A DNA stretch of 64,000 bases from Patescibacteria group bacterium. Lineage in GTDB: Bacteria; Patescibacteriota; Minisyncoccia; Phycocordibacterales; Phycocordibacteraceae. The notes beneath the pieces were generated by a model, which worked only from the letters and a program-made list of their open reading frames with translations, searched no databases and had not been told where the DNA came from. A program made the translations under genes and the position numbers. The stretch lies in NCBI GenBank assembly GCA_019744845.1, contig JAIETW010000002.1:69759-133758 (forward strand), given 5' to 3'. Positions 35,575-44,248 of this stretch are shown one piece after another (position 1 is the stretch's first letter; each line of letters opens with the position of its first letter).

Positions 35575-37668
35575 ATGGCAAAGAAGGCAGAGAAAGAGGT
35601 GAAAGCACGCGGCGCCAAGAGCGCCGGTGCTGCTAATAAGGGGTACGACGCCTCTTCCATTACTGTCCTTGAAGGACTTGACCCGGTGCGTAAGCGCCCG
35701 GGTATGTACATTGGTACCACCGGTCCCGATGGTCTCCATCACCTCATTTGGGAGGTGTTTGATAACTCACGCGACGAAGCGATGGGTGGGTTTGCAGACG
35801 ATATTGAAGTGGCGCTTCTTCCAGGGAACCGCATTCGTGTTGTAGACAACGGTCGCGGTATTCCAGTTGATAAGCACCCTGCAACTAAGGTCTCTGCACT
35901 TGAGACCATCATGACCACCCTTCACGCGGGAGGTAAGTTCGGTGGGGAAGCGTCGGGATACAAAGTGTCTGGAGGTTTGCACGGCGTGGGTGTGTCGGTG
36001 GTGAATGCGCTTTCTGTATGGACTCGTGCAGAAGTACATCGTGATGGCGCCTCACACTTTCAGGAGTACAAGATTGGTAAGGCGCAGGCGTCCGTAAAAA
36101 AGATCGGTTCCTCCAACAATCAGGGAACCATCATCACTTTTGAGGCTGATGCAACGATTTTCAATGAAGTGAAATATGACTGGAACCGTATCGTCGCGCA
36201 CCTCCGTCAGCAGGCATACCTCGTAAAGGGAACCCGCATCACGGTCATTGACGCACGTGGTCTTGAGAAGGTGAACGATCAAGAGGCCTTCTATCTCCGT
36301 GAGCTCGGTCTTGAGACTCCTTCCATGTCGTTCTACTTTGAAGGAGGTCTTCGCTCTCTTGTTGCGTTCTATAACCAGCATCAGACTGTAGGACACAAGA
36401 ATATTTTTTACGCAGATGCAGAGAAGGATGGAGTCGCAGTGGAGGTTGCGCTTCAGTACACTGACGACATTACGCCGCGCTTGATGGCGTTTGCAAACAA
36501 CATCTACAACCCAGAGCATGGCACGCATGTGACTGGCTTTAAGACCGCACTCACACGCACGCTTAACTCCTATGGTCGTTCCGCAGGTATTTTGAAAGAC
36601 AGCGAAGAGAACTTTACTGGAGACGATGTGCTTGAGGGTATTACCGCAGTCATTTCAGTGAAGATGCCGGAGATTCAGTTTGAAGGTCAGACGAAAGGAA
36701 AGCTTGGGTCTGTTGAGGCTCGTGGTGCCGTAGAGGCAGTGTTCGGTGAGCAGTTCGCATCCTTCCTTGAAGAAAATCCGGATGATGGACGTGCCATCGT
36801 CAACAAAGTACTTCTCGCACTTAAGGCTCGTAAGGCCGCAAAAGCCGCAAAGGATTCTGTGCTTCGTAAGGGAGCGCTTGAGGGCATGACGCTTCCAGGC
36901 AAGCTTGCCGACTGTCAGACCAAGGATGCCTCAGAATCAGAGCTCTTTATCGTAGAGGGAGATTCTGCAGGCGGTACTGCAAAGACCGGACGCGATCGCC
37001 GCACCCAGGCCATCCTTCCGCTTCGTGGAAAGATTTTGAACATTGAGCGCGCACGTCTTGATAAGATGCTCGCCTCTGAGCAGATTAAGAATCTCGTGAT
37101 TGCACTTGGAACCGCCATTGGCGACGTGTTTGATATTACGAAGCTCCGCTACCACAAGGTCATTATCGCAACCGACGCCGACGTGGACGGCGCACACATT
37201 CGTACGCTTATTTTGACCCTTTTGTATCGCCATTTCCGTCCGGTGATTGATGGAGGATTTATCTACATTGCGCAGCCACCGCTCTACAAGATTAAGCGTG
37301 GGAAGGAAGTTTATTATGCGTACACTGACGAAGAGAAGTTTAAGATAGTGGGTAAGGACGCAGAGATAGAAGAGCCACAGGCAGGCACAGAAGAGGAGCC
37401 TGAAGAAGAAGGAGAAGAGGAAGAGACGAAAGCAAAGAGCAAGAAACCTGCGAAGTTCTCTCTCCAGCGGTACAAAGGTCTCGGAGAGATGAATGCATCT
37501 GAGCTATGGGAAACCACCATGGACCCTGCACGTCGCATCTTGAAGCGTGTCACGGTGGAAGATGCGTCAGAAGCAGATCGTATCTTTGATGTACTCATGG
37601 GTAACGATGTTGCCAGCCGCAAGTCCTTTATTCAGAGCAACGCCAAGCTCGCCAACATTGATGTCTAA
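35575..37668 (+). CDS. gyrB: DNA gyrase subunit B
   Basis: GLDPVRKRPGMYIGTTG, a GHKL ATPase fold, a TOPRIM region EGDSAGG, and PLRGKILN. Has an acidic low-complexity insert EEPEEEGEEEETK near the C-terminus. Confidence 0.95.
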   Translation: MAKKAEKEVKARGAKSAGAANKGYDASSITVLEGLDPVRKRPGMYIGTTGPDGLHHLIWEVFDNSRDEAMGGFADDIEVALLPGNRIRVVDNGRGIPVDKHPATKVSALETIMTTLHAGGKFGGEASGYKVSGGLHGVGVSVVNALSVWTRAEVHRDGASHFQEYKIGKAQASVKKIGSSNNQGTIITFEADATIFNEVKYDWNRIVAHLRQQAYLVKGTRITVIDARGLEKVNDQEAFYLRELGLETPSMSFYFEGGLRSLVAFYNQHQTVGHKNIFYADAEKDGVAVEVALQYTDDITPRLMAFANNIYNPEHGTHVTGFKTALTRTLNSYGRSAGILKDSEENFTGDDVLEGITAVISVKMPEIQFEGQTKGKLGSVEARGAVEAVFGEQFASFLEENPDDGRAIVNKVLLALKARKAAKAAKDSVLRKGALEGMTLPGKLADCQTKDASESELFIVEGDSAGGTAKTGRDRRTQAILPLRGKILNIERARLDKMLASEQIKNLVIALGTAIGDVFDITKLRYHKVIIATDADVDGAHIRTLILTLLYRHFRPVIDGGFIYIAQPPLYKIKRGKEVYYAYTDEEKFKIVGKDAEIEEPQAGTEEEPEEEGEEEETKAKSKKPAKFSLQRYKGLGEMNASELWETTMDPARRILKRVTVEDASEADRIFDVLMGNDVASRKSFIQSNAKLANIDV

Positions 37669-38431
37669 TCGCGACGCGCACCGACCACCACGAATGATCG
37701 GGGGAGGCACTCTTCCTGAAATGCCTGCTGCATACAAGACTGCAATTACCTCCATGTTCCCGTATGGCGTTGAAGATTACGATGGTCGTCGTGGACGGTC
37801 GCTTGAGCGGTATCTTGAACGTACTGGCCTTACTTTGGAAGAGCTATTCACTGCCGATATCATCCTTGATCTTGGATCAGGACCAGAAGCACGTTTTCGT
37901 GATGAACTTATGGAAGCAGCAAAAAAGGCCGGAGTAAGTCCGCTCCCTCACGTTATTTCAGTGAGTCTTGCGTATGCAGATCCAGAGATCCGTAAAAACT
38001 TACTTGATAAATCAGGAAGCGCAGAGGGTGTGGTGGCGGCAGACGTAGAAAAGCTTCCATTTAAGGACGGTACCTTTACGAAAATTGTGGCAGTGCATCT
38101 TTTTACACACCTTGCAGAAGAAAAGCTTGCAGGAGCAGTTGCGGAGGTAGAGCGTATTCTTGCGCCTAATGGAACTCTGGTCATCGTTCCTGTACTTGCT
38201 CCAAAAGAAAAGGGAGACTACGCGTTTGATCTTACCCAGGCTGAGGCGGACAATCTCAAAGGACGTGCAATGGAAGATGCCTGGGTGCGCCGATCAGTAC
38301 ACCTCTCAGGACTTATCAGTCATCAGTTTTTTGGGAAGGGGAAAGTGCGGGTGAGCGATCTTACTCCCGAGATGGGCTCAGAAGTACAGCTGTATAAACT
38401 TCGTCGTATTACGGCTGAGAAAGGAGAATAA
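37661..38431 (+). CDS. Class I SAM-dependent methyltransferase
   Basis: ILDLGSGPEA (motif I) ... VAADVEKLPFKDGTFTKIVAVHLFTHL. Start chosen at the ATG that overlaps the gyrB stop; the track ORF extends further upstream inside gyrB. Confidence 0.7.
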   Translation: MSNRDAHRPPRMIGGGTLPEMPAAYKTAITSMFPYGVEDYDGRRGRSLERYLERTGLTLEELFTADIILDLGSGPEARFRDELMEAAKKAGVSPLPHVISVSLAYADPEIRKNLLDKSGSAEGVVAADVEKLPFKDGTFTKIVAVHLFTHLAEEKLAGAVAEVERILAPNGTLVIVPVLAPKEKGDYAFDLTQAEADNLKGRAMEDAWVRRSVHLSGLISHQFFGKGKVRVSDLTPEMGSEVQLYKLRRITAEKGE

Positions 38432-38434
38432 AAA

Positions 38435-38462
38435 CACCCGCGTCTAGCGGGTGTGTCTTTTA
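38435..38462. terminator. Hairpin terminator between convergent genes, possibly bidirectional
   Basis: CACCCGC-GTCTA-GCGGGTG stem-loop followed by TGTCTTTT. Confidence 0.55.
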
Positions 38463-39245
38463 ACTCTCTACGTCAATTCGTGCGGAGTCGTCGTTGTTGC
38501 GTTCGTTAGACTCAGTGATGGCATCGTTGTAGTCAACCTCAATCTCAATGACTCGGTTACGTCCTTCGTCTGGATCATCAAAGCCGATGGTAAAAATCTT
38601 AGAAGCGCCCGGGACTAGAGAAGACTGCCATGCGGACGTGTAGACATCATCATCGTTATCCTGGGTAGGGAGCTCTGCGCGGAAGCGCCAGAGGCCAGAA
38701 ACGTTAGTGCCGATATTGCGTACGGTAAAGCGGAAGGCACCACGCTCACCCTCAGGCACCTCGTCATCTTCGCGGAAAGAGGAGGCAGAAGAGGTGCGAA
38801 GGTATCCGACCTCAATAATTTCTACGGTGAGGTCAGGAAGACCGTAGTTGGAAGGAGTGCGAGGATAGTTGTAGTAGTACGTTGGGTACTGAACGATATT
38901 GGGCCCGCCCGTTGATGGGGGAAGAGTAGTTGGCGTTGTAGGAGTCGTGGTTGCGACAGGGGTGGTCGTTGCAGGAACTGGAACAAACACGGTTACAGTC
39001 GTGGTTGCAGGGCGGGTACCAGTGGTCGTTGCAGGCTCATTCGTTGGTTCAGACGAAAGATATACCGCAGAGGTGAGGCGAGAGATCGTGTCTGGTACAA
39101 AACGTGCGCCGTAAATGGCGAGCATGATGCCAAGGAAGACGAGTGCAAGAAAACCAACAACGGCAAGACCGTTTACGGCAGCGCGCTTTGCGGCCTGCTT
39201 TGTATCAGTTTCCTCTACGTGTGCGTCGTGATGTGGCGCGTTCAT
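38460..39245 (-). CDS. Membrane-anchored protein with Thr/Pro-rich linker and C-terminal globular domain
   Basis: Start placed at the internal ATG; the track ORF opens with TTG at 39326. TM helix LAVVGFLALVFLGIMLAIY, a TTTPVATTTPTTPTT linker, and a ~150-aa C-terminal domain. Confidence 0.55.
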   Translation of the reverse strand: MNAPHHDAHVEETDTKQAAKRAAVNGLAVVGFLALVFLGIMLAIYGARFVPDTISRLTSAVYLSSEPTNEPATTTGTRPATTTVTVFVPVPATTTPVATTTPTTPTTLPPSTGGPNIVQYPTYYYNYPRTPSNYGLPDLTVEIIEVGYLRTSSASSFREDDEVPEGERGAFRFTVRNIGTNVSGLWRFRAELPTQDNDDDVYTSAWQSSLVPGASKIFTIGFDDPDEGRNRVIEIEVDYNDAITESNERNNDDSARIDVES

Positions 39246-39319
39246 TAAAGAGCAAGTTACCACACGAATTTGATTTGTCAATAGCACCCTCAGACTAGGC
39301 AGGCTATCCCCAGAAGAGC

Positions 39320-39348
39320 TTGACAATGCTATGTTTTATGCGTATAAT
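39320..39348 (+). promoter_or_regulatory. Consensus sigma70-type promoter (TTGACA-17 nt-TATAAT) placed 11 nt upstream of the sortase ATG with no Shine-Dalgarno; implies a leaderless/near-leaderless mRNA
   Basis: Perfect -35 and -10 hexamers with a 17-nt spacer, read directly from the sequence. The -10 ends at 39348 and the ATG is at 39360. Confidence 0.5.
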
Positions 39349-39359
39349 CATTTTTAATT

Positions 39360-40013
39360 ATGGCCACCCTCGCAAAACAGGTGATCAAGGCCGCACGCCG
39401 CGCATACGCAAAGAAGTATGTCTTCCTTGGCGTATACTCATTCGTACTCTTTTTTGCACTCGTGATGCTTCAGGAACTTGGCGTCGCACCGTATCAGCTC
39501 GTGGATGCACGTGGCATGGCACCGATTGTGATTGATCGCAGTGAAGAAATTCGCGTTCCTGCAGATGCGGTAGGACAGAAGCCACTTCGCATTGAGATCC
39601 CAAAGGTAGGCATTGAGGCGTCAGTAAACAATCCTGAGTCTACGGATATCGCGGTCCTTGATGACGCGCTCCTTTCGGGCACCGTTCGTTACCCCACCTC
39701 CGCTACTCTTGGTGAAGAGGGGAATGTGGTGATTTTCGGCCATTCAAGTCACCTCCCTGTGGTACACAATCAGGCATTTAAGGCCTTTAACGACATTGAA
39801 AAGCTCGTAGAAGGGGACACGATTATTGTCTATGGTGAGACCTATCGTTATATCTACGCGGTAGAAACGGTAGAGCAAGCAGACGCCAACTCTGACCTCA
39901 TCCCCCTTGCGGTGGAGGGCTCAAAACTGACCCTTTCTACTTGTGACACCTTCCGGGCGAAGAGTGCTCGGTTCGTAGTTACTGCCACGCTCGTCCTCAC
40001 GGAGGCCGTTTGA
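39360..40013 (+). CDS. Sortase-family transpeptidase
   Basis: N-terminal TM. Conserved His in VVIFGHSSH, a catalytic Cys in LTLSTCDTF (the TLxTC motif), and Arg shortly after (RAKSAR). Confidence 0.75.
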   Translation: MATLAKQVIKAARRAYAKKYVFLGVYSFVLFFALVMLQELGVAPYQLVDARGMAPIVIDRSEEIRVPADAVGQKPLRIEIPKVGIEASVNNPESTDIAVLDDALLSGTVRYPTSATLGEEGNVVIFGHSSHLPVVHNQAFKAFNDIEKLVEGDTIIVYGETYRYIYAVETVEQADANSDLIPLAVEGSKLTLSTCDTFRAKSARFVVTATLVLTEAV

Positions 40014-40984
40014 CGGAGCGGAGGAAGAGGTATACTTATCACACAAGCTTAAAATTTATACTTATGTCATCAGGACACGGAGCAGGAGGAGATCGGGTAC
40101 CACGTGAGTGGTCTACACAGAACATCAATCACAACGAACGTGGTGATGGCAGCTACGACACCAATATCACGTATGAACGTGGAGGAGGTGATGATGGCCA
40201 CGGAGGAGGACATAAAGAAAGTGGTCTTAAGACCGCGCTTGCCTGGGTAGGTGGTGCGGTTGTCGTGGTCGGCCTTCTTGGTGCTGCAGCAGCCGGAGGC
40301 TGGTTCGCACGTCCTGCAGGAACTAATGCGGCGGTAGAGGATGCGCGTGGTGACCGTGGGCAGACCCGTCGTGAAGATCCTGCCGCTGGAGGTGCTGAAG
40401 ACGGAGATGAAGATGCTGAAGAGGTGCCAGAGGTTGAGGTTTCCATGAGTGGAGAGCGTGTCCGCCTCGCACTTGAAGGACTTGATCCAGGAGAGGAGGT
40501 AACTGTAATAGTGGTTTCTGAAGGCTCGGAGAGCGAAGTGTGTCCGCTTGAGGGAGGTTGCGGGCAGCTTGAAGATTTTGCCGGTGATGTCCGCGCACGC
40601 ACTCGCGACGAGGTTATGGCAATGCTTACCCGCCCAAATCGTCAACCTCGTCTTACACGCGAAGAAGCGGAGCGACAGGACGCTTATCTCGCCGTAGAAT
40701 CCATGCGTCTTGGGGGTGCCATCATTACTCTCACCGCAGATAATGAAGGCCAGCTCTCAATTCCTGCCACGATTACAGTAGATCGTGGAGACGAGTCTGA
40801 AGCGGAAATTATTCACGTGAATGATCGCGCTTCTGTTCGTGTCATGGTCCCGCTTGATGTACGTGTGGATGGTAACCAGGAAATCACTACCACCATCCCG
40901 TACAGTGTTATGTTGGGTGGCACCTACCCCCAGGGAGCACTGCTCCGTATCCGTCGGGATGGAACGGTCAACGTTGAGCGCTAA
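40010..40984 (+). CDS. Membrane-anchored acidic protein with His/Gly-rich N-terminus
   Basis: GHGAGG ... DDGHGGGHKESG, then a TM helix (LAWVGGAVVVVGLLGAAAAGGW) and an acidic ectodomain. Start overlaps the sortase stop. Confidence 0.5.
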   Translation: MTERRKRYTYHTSLKFILMSSGHGAGGDRVPREWSTQNINHNERGDGSYDTNITYERGGGDDGHGGGHKESGLKTALAWVGGAVVVVGLLGAAAAGGWFARPAGTNAAVEDARGDRGQTRREDPAAGGAEDGDEDAEEVPEVEVSMSGERVRLALEGLDPGEEVTVIVVSEGSESEVCPLEGGCGQLEDFAGDVRARTRDEVMAMLTRPNRQPRLTREEAERQDAYLAVESMRLGGAIITLTADNEGQLSIPATITVDRGDESEAEIIHVNDRASVRVMVPLDVRVDGNQEITTTIPYSVMLGGTYPQGALLRIRRDGTVNVER

Positions 40985-41045
40985 AACAACAAATTAGGTC
41001 CGAAATGGAGAAAAGCACCCTTGACGGGGTGCTTTTTGCATGTGC

Positions 41046-41074
41046 TTGACAAATATGTTGCTATGTGCTAGGAT
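41046..41074 (+). promoter_or_regulatory. Candidate sigma70-like promoter (TTGACA-17-TAGGAT) upstream of 41144
   Basis: Exact -35 hexamer and a 4/6 -10 hexamer at 17-nt spacing in a 160-nt AT-richer intergenic region. Confidence 0.35.
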
Positions 41075-41143
41075 ACTCTTAACTATGGAGGAACTCCGTA
41101 GGGGGCCAAAAAACCAATTAATTACTTATTTATCAAACATTCT

Positions 41144-42556
41144 ATGACTATCACGAACCGTGTGCTCTCCGTGCTTCTCGTGCCGGTATTTGTGGTTACG
41201 GCGTTTGCATTCGCAACGCCAGTGCTTGCCGATGACGGCTACAGTGCGCCAGGACAGGCGTGGGCAGGAAGCCCAACGACCAGCTCTAAGCCTCGTACGT
41301 CTTCTGTGCCTACGTATTACGGCGGAAGCTCAAGTGGTAAAAAGCCTACCTCTTCCTACTGTTACACCTGTGGTGGCGGTGGATACAGTAACTATGGCTC
41401 CCTCTCTTCTACGCGCTCCCTCTATCTCTCCCTCGACTTCTCTCGCAATGACATTGATCAGAGCGTAGACAACAGCATCACGAACAACGTGAACGTGAAC
41501 GGTAACAACAACAACGTTGGTATCAACAACAGCCAGGAGACTAATCAGAATGCAGGTATTACCACGAGCCGTGGATACTACGAGCACTCTGATCGCAGCT
41601 CCTACTACGACTACTTCCGTCGCTTCAACAGCTCTTCAAGCTACAACAGCAACTCAAGTGGGGACGCAGGTCAGACCAACAACACGCACCAGTCAAACAT
41701 CTTTAACAGCAACAAGAACAATGATGATGATGACGATGATGACAACGATAACGATGATCTATGGTGTGAAATTGATGCCTCTGATACCTCAGTAGACGAA
41801 GGCGATCGTATCACTCTTGAATGGGATACTCGCGGTGCAGAAGATGCTCGTATCAACCAGGGTATTGGTTCAGTAGATGAGGACGGTGGTACCGAACGTG
41901 TTGAGATTGACCGCACCACGACCTTCCGCCTTACGGTTGAAGACGAGGATGGTGATGAAGAGGATTGTTCAGTCACGGTGCGTGTGAACGACGAAAATGA
42001 GTTCTCTAACATCGTGATTGATGAGGAGCCAACCTACGTTCCTCCTCAGTATTACTCCGGTGTGTACCTCTCAGATATTCCGTACACCGGTCTTGATATG
42101 GGTCCTTACGCATGGGCATACTGGGCAGCCCTTGCTGCTCTCGGTGCCGCAGGAACCTACGTGTTCTTCTTCATGGGCCTTCCGTTCGTCCTCCGTCGTG
42201 CAGGTGCACTCAGTGAGGAAGTAGAGGCAGAGCTCTCTGAAGAGAATGCATCACCGGTTCAGCAGTCAACGATGACCATGCCGGTAGCAGCCACTTCAAC
42301 GGGAACCGCCGTCATTGCCTCTCAGTCAGATATTACGAAGTTCGTTGCCGCACTTCTTTCAGCCGACAACGACACTGCCTCTGATATCCTTGAGGACGCA
42401 ACGAAGGATGGTGCAAGTGCCTCAGTGTTCCTTAACCGCGCAAGCGCAATGCTTCGCTCTGAGGTAGCCGCCCCTACGATTGCCGCAGGAATTGATACTT
42501 CAGTTCTTGAAGCCCTTGTAGATTCTCTTGAGGCAGCAGCAAAGGCCCGCGCCTAA
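41144..42556 (+). CDS. Secreted low-complexity (Asn/Ser/Asp-rich) protein with acidic beta-rich module, internal IPYTG-hydrophobic-RR segment and C-terminal helical tail
   Basis: Signal peptide. Asn/Ser-rich low complexity, with one Cys in the Gly-rich YCYTCGGGG stretch. NNDDDDDDDNDNDD. A ~75-aa module like those in 19638 and 23563. DIPYTGLD + 30 hydrophobic aa + RR, then ~130 further aa. Confidence 0.55.
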   Translation: MTITNRVLSVLLVPVFVVTAFAFATPVLADDGYSAPGQAWAGSPTTSSKPRTSSVPTYYGGSSSGKKPTSSYCYTCGGGGYSNYGSLSSTRSLYLSLDFSRNDIDQSVDNSITNNVNVNGNNNNVGINNSQETNQNAGITTSRGYYEHSDRSSYYDYFRRFNSSSSYNSNSSGDAGQTNNTHQSNIFNSNKNNDDDDDDDNDNDDLWCEIDASDTSVDEGDRITLEWDTRGAEDARINQGIGSVDEDGGTERVEIDRTTTFRLTVEDEDGDEEDCSVTVRVNDENEFSNIVIDEEPTYVPPQYYSGVYLSDIPYTGLDMGPYAWAYWAALAALGAAGTYVFFFMGLPFVLRRAGALSEEVEAELSEENASPVQQSTMTMPVAATSTGTAVIASQSDITKFVAALLSADNDTASDILEDATKDGASASVFLNRASAMLRSEVAAPTIAAGIDTSVLEALVDSLEAAAKARA

Positions 42557-42577
42557 GCCAGGCCTCACATAAGAAAA

Positions 42578-42605
42578 CGCCCCCACCCGGGGGCGTTTTC
42601 TTTTT
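42578..42605 (+). terminator. Rho-independent terminator
   Basis: CGCCCCC-ACCC-GGGGGCG stem followed by TTTTCTTTTT. Confidence 0.65.
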
Positions 42606-42632
42606 GCCTATGCCAAGTACAATAGACGCATT

Positions 42633-42908
42633 ATGAGTGCCCTTGTTCTTTATTGGATTCTTCTCCTTGTCTGGGTTGCGGTCGTTGCCTACTTCATTGT
42701 CTTTGACCTCTTTCCGCTTCTCTTTGGGCATGGCCATGGAAAGAAGGAGCATGGAGGAGGGCATGGTCACGGACATGATGACCATGCGCCAGAGGCATCA
42801 AGTGGCTACTCAGTCTATAGCGGCTTCAAATCCTTTGCTGATAAGGATGGGAAACTTACCCCAAACGATATTGTGAAAGGACTTTCTCGGGAAGAGAAGG
42901 ACATATGA
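42633..42908 (+). CDS. Small membrane protein with His/Gly-rich metal-binding-like tract
   Basis: Two TM helices, then GHGHGKKEHGGGHGHGHDDH. Begins 25 nt after the terminator. Confidence 0.5.
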   Translation: MSALVLYWILLLVWVAVVAYFIVFDLFPLLFGHGHGKKEHGGGHGHGHDDHAPEASSGYSVYSGFKSFADKDGKLTPNDIVKGLSREEKDI

Positions 42909-43603
42909 GTTCTAGGGGAACACCAGCTGAAGTGCCGGCACCGGCACGTTCAAAAGGAGAGAGGCTCAGAGAGGCAGAACGGGATCCGCGCCTTGAGCGT
43001 CGGCGATTTGTACTTTCTCGCGTGCCAGAACTTCGTGAGAGAATCTTTCATCTCCAGAAAGTGTTTTCTGATCTCCAGAAAGAACATCCCGAATTGGTTG
43101 GTCTTTCACTCTATGGATCGCATACGAAAGGATATGCAGATTTTCTTTCTGATATTGATGGCGTCGTGTTTGTTGATTTTGACGAAGCGCAGAAGCGAGG
43201 GACAGATAAGCTTGAGCTTCGGCGCCTGGTACAGGAAACAGTACGGAAAGAATTAGGGCTCACTTCTGAACATGTTTCCATAGATGCTGTTAGTATTTCT
43301 CTTCAAAACAATAGTGTTACTACGCTCCGGACTCCGCGCCTCTTCCATCTCGCGATTGGTGACAAGCTGCGTCCATACCGTGACGCAGCTATCCGGTCCT
43401 ACGAAGAGAAAGGCGAAGAAGGAGAGAGGGAATGGGCACGTCTCGTATTTGAACTTGTGCTCCATGAGAATCACACTTTCTCTGACGAGTTTGTAGAGAA
43501 GCGTCTACACCTCTATCCGTGGTCGCTCAAGAAGGCGCGAGCGTATTATGCACCGGAGCGAGGAAGCGACTACACAGAATCTTCCGTAGAGGATTCCGCA
43601 TAA
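42905..43603 (+). CDS. Minimal nucleotidyltransferase (Pol-beta superfamily) domain protein, tandem paralog 1
   Basis: LSLYGSHTKGYADFLSDIDGVVFVD matches the G-S-x(9-13)-D-x-D NTase motif, followed by a helical C-terminal domain. Clear paralog of the next gene. Confidence 0.65.
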   Translation: MSSRGTPAEVPAPARSKGERLREAERDPRLERRRFVLSRVPELRERIFHLQKVFSDLQKEHPELVGLSLYGSHTKGYADFLSDIDGVVFVDFDEAQKRGTDKLELRRLVQETVRKELGLTSEHVSIDAVSISLQNNSVTTLRTPRLFHLAIGDKLRPYRDAAIRSYEEKGEEGEREWARLVFELVLHENHTFSDEFVEKRLHLYPWSLKKARAYYAPERGSDYTESSVEDSA

Positions 43604-43606
43604 AAT

Positions 43607-44248
43607 ATGGCTGACGAGGGGATGCGTAAGTTTGAGCGAATAGACGCGATAGAGAACGATACACGTCTGGTGCATCACCGATTCCTTCTTTCTGAAGACC
43701 CTGCACTCCGGGAGAAGCTCCGTATACTGCAAGATTCGTTCAAGCAACTTCAATCCAAATTTCCTGAGATCATCAGTCTACAAGTATTTGGATCACACAC
43801 GAAAGGGTATGCCTCCCCTGATTCGGATTTTGACTTAGGGCTGGCGCTAGATTCAAATAAACTTGAGGCAGCAAAACGTACTAGCGTTCAAGTGTCTAGC
43901 GAAGTGCGGAATTATTTGCATACAAAGCTTAGCGTGAACAAAAGAGATATCGCTCTTGAGTACTACGAACTCGGTGGACCAGAAAGTTACGCGCGGTATG
44001 AACCCTTTCTATTATCCCTCGGTAACGGGATGCGCCCGTATCGTGAGGCGATTATCCGGAAGCTTGAACAGCAGCCTGACGGTGAACGGGTATGGATGCA
44101 CATCGTCGGACAGCTATGGGAGCGAGAAAATCTCTATTTCAGTGCTGCGCTCTTACGTGAGCGAAAGAAGCTATACCCACAGACGCTCGCTGAGGCGCGT
44201 GCGTACTTTCTTCCCGAACCGAAGCAAGAGACTACGAGCGATTCCTAA
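43607..44248 (+). CDS. Minimal nucleotidyltransferase domain protein, tandem paralog 2
   Basis: LQVFGSHTKGYASPDSDFDLGLALD. Shares RPYRxAxIR ... LYP ... ARAY blocks with paralog 1. Confidence 0.65.
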   Translation: MADEGMRKFERIDAIENDTRLVHHRFLLSEDPALREKLRILQDSFKQLQSKFPEIISLQVFGSHTKGYASPDSDFDLGLALDSNKLEAAKRTSVQVSSEVRNYLHTKLSVNKRDIALEYYELGGPESYARYEPFLLSLGNGMRPYREAIIRKLEQQPDGERVWMHIVGQLWERENLYFSAALLRERKKLYPQTLAEARAYFLPEPKQETTSDS

